Source: an uncultured Acidobacteriota bacterium
GTDB taxonomy: Bacteria; Acidobacteriota; Thermoanaerobaculia; UBA5066
Direction of reading: 5' to 3'
Length of the DNA stretch: 64,000 nucleotides
NCBI GenBank assembly: GCA_963779415.1
Contig: CAVZYA010000001.1
Span: forward strand, 256,001-320,000
Part shown: piece by piece, positions 58,507-64,000 of the stretch
Layout of the letters: every line of letters begins with the position of its first letter
Numbering within the stretch: position 1 is the stretch's first letter
Made by a program: the position numbers and the translations under genes
Notes under the pieces: model-generated
What the model saw: only the letters and a program-made list of their open reading frames with translations
Told to the model about the DNA's origin: nothing
Database searches by the model: none

Positions 58507-59364
58507 ATGGCCAACCGCTGGAACCTGCCGACGCTCGGCTACGGAATCGGCCTCCGGACGGTTCACTTCGGGGAGATCCTCGAGCGCCGTCCCCGTATCG
58601 ACTTCTTCGAGGCGATCACCGAGAACTTTCTCGACACCGGGGGGCGGCCGCTCCACGTTCTCGACCGCGTTGCCGAGCGGACACCTGTCGTCCTGCACGG
58701 TGTATCGCTGAACATCGGAAGCAGCGACCCGCTCGACCTCGACTACCTCCGGAAGGTCAAGGAGCTGGCGCGGCGCACCGACGCGCCCTGGGTGACCGAC
58801 CATCTCTGCTGGACGGGTGTGGCCGGACGAAACGTCCACGACCTCCTCCCCCTGCCGATGAACGAAGAGACCCTCGCGCACGTTGCGAAGCGGGTCCGGA
58901 CCGTCCAGGACGTTCTGGAGCGCCCGATTCACCTGGAGAACCCCTCGACGTACCTGGAGTTCGCGACGTCGACGATGGGCGAGGCCGAGTTTCTCCGTCG
59001 CCTCACCGAGCAGGCCGACTGCGGCCTTCTTCTCGACGTGAACAACGTCTTCGTCTCCGCGTTCAACCACGGGTGGGACGCCGAGGCATACATCGACGCC
59101 ATTCCCGCCGACCGGATCGTCCAGATTCACCTCGCGGGTCATACCGACAAGGGGACTCATCTCCTCGACACCCATTCCGACCACGTGCGTGACGAGGTCT
59201 GGGCCCTCTATGGACGGCTCATCGCGCGTACGGGGCCGGTCACGACGCTCGTCGAGTGGGACGAGGAGATTCCCGCTCTCGACGTCGTTCACACCGAAGC
59301 TCTGAAGGCTCGAGACGTGGCCTCGCGGGCGCTCCGGCCGGTGGACGTAAGGGAGGCGGCATGA
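58507..59364 (+). CDS. DUF692 multinuclear non-heme iron oxidative enzyme (MNIO)
   Basis: GIGLRTVH, FFEAITENF, HGVSLNIG, DHLCW, HDLLPLP, LENPSTY, LLDVNN, HLAGH, DTH, EWD. Confidence 0.95.
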   Translation: MANRWNLPTLGYGIGLRTVHFGEILERRPRIDFFEAITENFLDTGGRPLHVLDRVAERTPVVLHGVSLNIGSSDPLDLDYLRKVKELARRTDAPWVTDHLCWTGVAGRNVHDLLPLPMNEETLAHVAKRVRTVQDVLERPIHLENPSTYLEFATSTMGEAEFLRRLTEQADCGLLLDVNNVFVSAFNHGWDAEAYIDAIPADRIVQIHLAGHTDKGTHLLDTHSDHVRDEVWALYGRLIARTGPVTTLVEWDEEIPALDVVHTEALKARDVASRALRPVDVREAA

Positions 59365-60203
59365 GCGATCCCGTCCTCTCCCTCGCGGCGACCCAAACCT
59401 GGATGCAGGCCGTTCTGGTCCATCCAGAGGGGGCGGAGCACGGGCTATCGGCGCCCGAGGCGCGACGGCATCTCGCGCCCGAAGACACCCCGCGGGTCGT
59501 TCGGGAGCAGGGGGAGCTGACCGGTGTCGAAAGGCTCCAGATCTACGCGGGGATGTATCCCCTCCGGATGGTCGAGGCGCTTCGGAGCGATTACCCGGCC
59601 CTGGCCCATCTTCTCGGCACGCGGAGGTTCGAGCGGCTGGTACGCGACTTCGTGGCGGCCCACCCCTCGCGGAGCTTTACGCTGGCGCGCCTCGGCGACC
59701 GCTTTCCGGAGTTCGTGGCGGGATGGGGGAGCCCTCGCCGCCGGGGGCTTCTCGCCGACGTCGCCCGGCTGGAGCTGGCCGCGACGCAGGTCATCGACGC
59801 TGGGGTGACGGCGCCCATCGATCCCTCGGCGCTTTCGGCCGTACCGGCCGGCGAGTGGGCACGAACGAAGCTCGTCCCGGCGGCGGCATTCCGCATCGTC
59901 AAGGTCCGCCCGGGCGCGGTCGACGTTCTGGACGCCGTCCTCGAGGAGACGCCCATCCCTCGAAATGCCGGCCGACGGCGGGTCTGGGTCGCCTACTACC
60001 GGCAGGACTATGTCGTCCGGCGGCGGACGCTGGGGCCCCTCGAAGGAGACCTCCTCGACTCCCTGATCAACGGCGAGACGCTCCGAGCCGCTCTCGAGAC
60101 CGCCGCAAAGACGTCCGCACGCCGAAACCTCGCAGGGGAGAAGCTCTCCCGATGGTTCGCCGAATGGACTCGTCTCGGCTTCTTCGCCGGGATCAGGTCA
60201 TAG
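59361..60203 (+). CDS. DUF2063 MNIO partner protein
   Basis: RLQIYAGMY...ALRSDYPAL...HPSRSFTL...GDRFPEF...DVARLELA; ATGA overlap with DUF692. Confidence 0.88.
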   Translation: MSDPVLSLAATQTWMQAVLVHPEGAEHGLSAPEARRHLAPEDTPRVVREQGELTGVERLQIYAGMYPLRMVEALRSDYPALAHLLGTRRFERLVRDFVAAHPSRSFTLARLGDRFPEFVAGWGSPRRRGLLADVARLELAATQVIDAGVTAPIDPSALSAVPAGEWARTKLVPAAAFRIVKVRPGAVDVLDAVLEETPIPRNAGRRRVWVAYYRQDYVVRRRTLGPLEGDLLDSLINGETLRAALETAAKTSARRNLAGEKLSRWFAEWTRLGFFAGIRS

Positions 60204-60704
60204 CCCGGCGCGGCGCGCGGCGAGATTTTCCCGGTTCCGCTCCTCGGGAAGATCGCCCGGCGTGAATCGGCGGACCAGGATCCGGTCGAGAGAGAGCGTC
60301 CCCGCGCCGAAGGCGGCGAGATAGCCGAGGACGAGAAGGTAGAGGAACTCGACCGTCCCGTAGAGATCGGAGGCGCTCGAGATGTCACCCCTTTTCGCCG
60401 TCAGGAGGGCGACGACCATCGACACCGAGAGAGGCACGGAGACGACCCGCGTGAAGAGCCCCGCGAGGAGGAAGAGGCCGCCCACGAACTCCAGGCTCGC
60501 CACGAACGGAGCCTGAAGCTGCGGTGCGGGGATGCCGAGGCTGCCGAAGTAGTCGATCACCCGCGGGAGGTTGTGGAGCTTTCCCCAGCCGGTCTGGACG
60601 AAGACCGATCCGAGCGCGAGGCGGGCAAGGGTCTGGGGAAGCCACGAGAGGGCTCCGGCCACCCTGAGAACGAACGCGCGGGCGGTTTGAGCGGTCCGGA
60701 TCAT
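60198..60704 (-). CDS. DoxX-family membrane protein
   Basis: LARLALGSVFVQTGWGKL...LEFVGGLFLLAGLFTR...GAGTLSLD. Confidence 0.9.
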   Translation of the reverse strand: MIRTAQTARAFVLRVAGALSWLPQTLARLALGSVFVQTGWGKLHNLPRVIDYFGSLGIPAPQLQAPFVASLEFVGGLFLLAGLFTRVVSVPLSVSMVVALLTAKRGDISSASDLYGTVEFLYLLVLGYLAAFGAGTLSLDRILVRRFTPGDLPEERNRENLAARRAGL

Positions 60705-60952
60705 CGGTCCTCCTGCACTTCTCTGATGCCGTCGAGCGCCCGGAAGTTCCGCAGAAGCCGGGGAATCCGTCACCGCGGCAAACAGACGGGCCGGATCCAA
60801 TTGAGCTTGCGTTTCATTCGCGTCTTTCGCTATCCTTCTTCCATTCGGGGCGGTTTCGTGAGCGAGCATCGGAAGAGGTGAGAAGTCATGGCAGAGCGGC
60901 GCCGTGCGGGCCGCCCTCCGTTTTCAGCCAACCGACCAGGTGTGGAGGAGTC

Positions 60953-62131
60953 ATGAAAACCGTTCGAAGCATCTCGATCGCCGCTTCTCTTCTCGTTATG
61001 GCCTTTCCGCTTCTGGGCCAACCGGGGCCGGGGCAGGGGACGGCGCACGCCGCTGTCCTGGTTCCGGACTCAACTCTTGAGCACGCCGAGGACGTGGGCG
61101 TGCGTGCTCACACGAACCATCTGATCAAGGTCGGCCCGCAGTTCGTCGGGACGTCCCCCGCCGGAGAGACGCCGGCCTCGATCCGGACCGTCTACAACCT
61201 CCCCTCGACCGGCGGCACCAACGTGATCGCGATCGTGGATGCCTTCGATTACGCGACGGCCGAGAACGACCTCGGCGTCTTCTCGAATACGTTCGGACTT
61301 CCTCCGTGCACGAAAGCGAATGGCTGTTTTCAGGTCGTCTATGCCTCGGGAAGGAAGCCGCGGAGCAACTGCGGCTGGGCGCAGGAAGCGGCGCTGGACA
61401 TCGAGTGGGCCCACGCCATGGCGCCGTACGCCAAAATCATCCTCGTGGAAGCCGCCAGCAGCAGTTTCGCCGATCTCTTCAAGGCCGTGGACGTCGCCCG
61501 GAAACTGACGGGAGTCACACAGGTCTCCATGAGCTGGGGCGGGAGCGAGTTCTCGAGCGAGGCCGGCGACGATTCCCACATGCTGCAGACGGGCGTCGTC
61601 TTCTTCGCCTCGAGCGGCGACACCGGCGGAGCGACGATCTATCCCGGGGTTTCGCCGAACGTGGTCTCGGCGGGGGGCACGACGATCCACCGCGACGCGA
61701 GCGGCAACTTCACCGGCGAGACGGGCTGGAGCGGAAGCGGCGGCGGCCCGAGCAAGTACGAGGCGAGGCCTTCGTATCAGGACGGCATCAAGGCCATCGT
61801 CGGGAGCGCGCGCGGCGTGCCGGACTTCTCTTTCGACGCCGATCCGAACAGCGGCGTCTCCGTCTACGACAGCACTCCGTGCCAGGGCCTCAGCGGATGG
61901 CTCGTCTTCGGCGGCACCAGCGTCTCTGCTCCCTCCCTCGCCGGCGTCGTCAACCTGGCCGGCGGCTTTCAGTCCAGCAGCGCGCTCGAGATGGGCCTGA
62001 TCTACGGCAATCTCGGCAACTCGACGGACTTTCGCGACATCACCTCCGGAACCGCCGGCAAGTTCAGCTGTGCCGTCGGCTGGGACTTCGTGACCGGCGT
62101 GGGGAGCGACCAGGGCCTGAGCGGCAAGTAG
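60953..62131 (+). CDS. Secreted S53 (sedolisin-like) peptidase
   Basis: EAALDIEW (Glu/Asp), SSGDTG, GGTSVSAP (Ser), WDFVTGVGS; signal peptide. Confidence 0.92.
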   Translation: MKTVRSISIAASLLVMAFPLLGQPGPGQGTAHAAVLVPDSTLEHAEDVGVRAHTNHLIKVGPQFVGTSPAGETPASIRTVYNLPSTGGTNVIAIVDAFDYATAENDLGVFSNTFGLPPCTKANGCFQVVYASGRKPRSNCGWAQEAALDIEWAHAMAPYAKIILVEAASSSFADLFKAVDVARKLTGVTQVSMSWGGSEFSSEAGDDSHMLQTGVVFFASSGDTGGATIYPGVSPNVVSAGGTTIHRDASGNFTGETGWSGSGGGPSKYEARPSYQDGIKAIVGSARGVPDFSFDADPNSGVSVYDSTPCQGLSGWLVFGGTSVSAPSLAGVVNLAGGFQSSSALEMGLIYGNLGNSTDFRDITSGTAGKFSCAVGWDFVTGVGSDQGLSGK

Positions 62132-62353
62132 GCTTCGGCTCTCCCCTTCACCGGCCACGGGATCTGCGGGCGGCCATACCCCGGTCTCCCGAGTCGAGGG
62201 CTCGGTCCGAAGAGCGCGGCAGGTTCGCGACCTTGCCGAAGGCTCACGCACGACGAGCCTTGCGGGCGCCATGGAAACTCCATATCCTCCGCCGCGCAAG
62301 TCCGGCCGGTGAACCGTGATTCCCTCATTCCGAGACCTTCCAGGGGGTAGTCC

Positions 62354-63727
62354 ATGACCGAAACGATCGCGTTGTCCGACGGGGCCATCAAGACGCTCGG
62401 CAAGAAGTCGACGATCACCGTCATCGCCGGGAAAGCCCGGGCGCTCGCGGCGAAGAACCCCGATTTCGTCCGGGCCGACACGGGGGAAGTCTGTGCGCCG
62501 GGGCTTTTTCCTCCCGGCTACCGGGAGAGCCTCGAGAAGACGGCCCGCGAGGTGCTGCGCGAAGGACGGATCGGATACTCCGCCCCTGACGGCGACCCGA
62601 AGCTGAAGAAGCTCGTCTTCAAGTATTCCATCGAGGACGACCTGCGCGCCCTGATCCTCGAGCGGCTCCGCGACGAGGCAAAGGCGAGCGGCGCGGACGT
62701 CGCGAAGTACACGGAGGAGAGCCTTCCGAAGTTCGTCTCGATCACCCCGGGGGGCGCAGGGGCGCTCGGCGCGGCCATCGCGGTCTTTTTGACGGAGAAG
62801 AAGAGGTTCTTCGTCGTGAACCAGAGGACATGGCAGAACCACAACCTGATCGTCGACATGCACGGCGGGATGCTCTTCCCCGTTCCGCTCGTCGACGAGC
62901 AGGGGCGCGTCGCCGATCCCGACACGATCCTGAAGCTCTGTCATCCCGTCAGGGAACGGATCGCGGCCTTCCTCTTCACCGAAATCAACAATCCGGACGG
63001 CTCCGTCGTGACGGAAGCCTCCGAGCAGAAGAAGCTCGAGGCTATCGTCCGGGGGCTGGACGTCCCGCTGATCCTCGACGCCGCGTACCACGGGATGGTC
63101 TTCGACGGAAAGAAGACGCAGCCCTTCTCGCCCGACGTTCTCAATAAAACCGTCATCTGCGGCAGCTACTCCAAGTCGCTTCAGATCCCCGGCGAACGGC
63201 TCGGTTACCTCGCCAGCTACGACACACGCGTCGTGAGATACGTCTACTTCTACAACCGCTCCCACAGCGGCTGCCCCTCCGTGACGCCCCAGAACGCGCT
63301 CATGGGGCACCTCTCCCTCAACGAGTCGGCCCCCGGAGTGGTGACGACTTACAACAAGGCTCTCCTTTCGGAGCTGGAGACGCGGAGGAACATCCTCGTC
63401 GAGACGGTGAGGAAAGAGCTCGGCTGGAAGATGAACGCCCCGGGGGGCGCCATCTACGCCGTCATCCCGGTCCCGGGCGACGTCGTGAAGGCGTTCGGCG
63501 ACATCGACGCCTTCTCGATCGGCCTCGTCGAGAGGGGGGGCGTCAGCGCCATTTCCGGGAGCGACTTCGAGTTCCGCCTCCGCGGGCCGGTGGGGCACGA
63601 GGAGATCTACACGCCCCCGCCGACGGATCCGTCCATGCACTACCTCCGGTTCTGCTTCGGTTTCACCCCGACCGACCGCGTCGCGCTGGCCGTCCGGAAC
63701 ATCAAGGCTTTCGTCGCGAGCCGATAG
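62354..63727 (+). CDS. PLP-dependent aminotransferase class I/II
   Basis: NNPDG, LILDAAY, SYSKSLQIPGERLGY. Confidence 0.9.
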   Translation: MTETIALSDGAIKTLGKKSTITVIAGKARALAAKNPDFVRADTGEVCAPGLFPPGYRESLEKTAREVLREGRIGYSAPDGDPKLKKLVFKYSIEDDLRALILERLRDEAKASGADVAKYTEESLPKFVSITPGGAGALGAAIAVFLTEKKRFFVVNQRTWQNHNLIVDMHGGMLFPVPLVDEQGRVADPDTILKLCHPVRERIAAFLFTEINNPDGSVVTEASEQKKLEAIVRGLDVPLILDAAYHGMVFDGKKTQPFSPDVLNKTVICGSYSKSLQIPGERLGYLASYDTRVVRYVYFYNRSHSGCPSVTPQNALMGHLSLNESAPGVVTTYNKALLSELETRRNILVETVRKELGWKMNAPGGAIYAVIPVPGDVVKAFGDIDAFSIGLVERGGVSAISGSDFEFRLRGPVGHEEIYTPPPTDPSMHYLRFCFGFTPTDRVALAVRNIKAFVASR

Positions 63728-63744
63728 CGAGAGGAGCGGAAGTC

Positions 63745-64000
63745 ATGGAGGTCGACGGCGGAAGGCTCGTCCGGTGGCTCCAGGAGCTGATCCGGATCCC
63801 GAGTGTCACGGGAGACGAAGGGGCGGCCGCGCGTTACGTCGAGGAGGAGCTTCGGCAGCTCGGCTATCGCCCGAGCGTCGAGGCGAACAACGTCTACTTC
63901 GAGACGGGCGAAGGCCCCACCTCCCTTCTCCTCAACTCGCACCTCGACACCGTCGAGCTGGGGAAGGGATGGAAGCGCGACCCGTTCGCCGGACTCCTCG
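63745..64000 (+). CDS. M20-family metallohydrolase (ArgE/DapE-like), partial
   Basis: Manual translation: LQELIRIPSVTGDE...LLLNSHLDTV...WKRDPF; runs off window end. Confidence 0.88.
   Translation, partial: MEVDGGRLVRWLQELIRIPSVTGDEGAAARYVEEELRQLGYRPSVEANNVYFETGEGPTSLLLNSHLDTVELGKGWKRDPFAGLL

Noticed and set aside
57977-58711. 244-aa version of the RiPP precursor and the 453-aa DUF692 ORF from 58003
   Set aside because: Explained by the 1-nt frameshift; RBS-supported starts are 58061 and 58507.

Overview
A high-GC bacterial window whose gene content (outer-membrane beta-barrels, lipoproteins, an Acidobacteriota/Thermoanaerobaculia-style secreted protein) suggests a diderm; the taxonomy is inference. 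About 8.1-56.5 kb is a dense stress-adaptation region. It encodes BON/OsmY, CsbD, two DUF883, three lmo0937-like, GlsB/YeaQ, two ferritin-like, YihY, AI-2E, PRC-barrel and two DUF6600 proteins, plus cyclic beta-1,2-glucan synthase, MgtA, a P3A H+-ATPase, phosphoketolase, Zwf, Kup and a sortase with an LPKTA substrate. The main unannotated signal is regulatory. By eye I find 17 sigma54 -24/-12 promoter boxes, 16 of them placed correctly in front of genes. Several are paired with a recurring tandem-dyad upstream motif (TGAAA-like, about 21 bp apart, roughly helically phased). The same region encodes a GAFTGA-containing NtrC-type activator, a hybrid histidine kinase and a ChpT-like pseudo-kinase. 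Together these suggest a self-contained sigma54-driven general-stress regulon with its own phosphorelay. The region also shows duplication and decay scars (ackA, alcohol dehydrogenase and BON remnants) and a tRNA-Pro-derived inverted repeat at its left edge. To the right lies a bufferin-like MNIO (DUF692) RiPP locus whose Cys-rich precursor has a 1-nt frameshift, then an S53 protease, an aminotransferase and a partial M20 hydrolase. I saw no intact tRNA or rRNA, CRISPR array, integrase or transposase. All calls come from manual motif recognition; no database searches were run.
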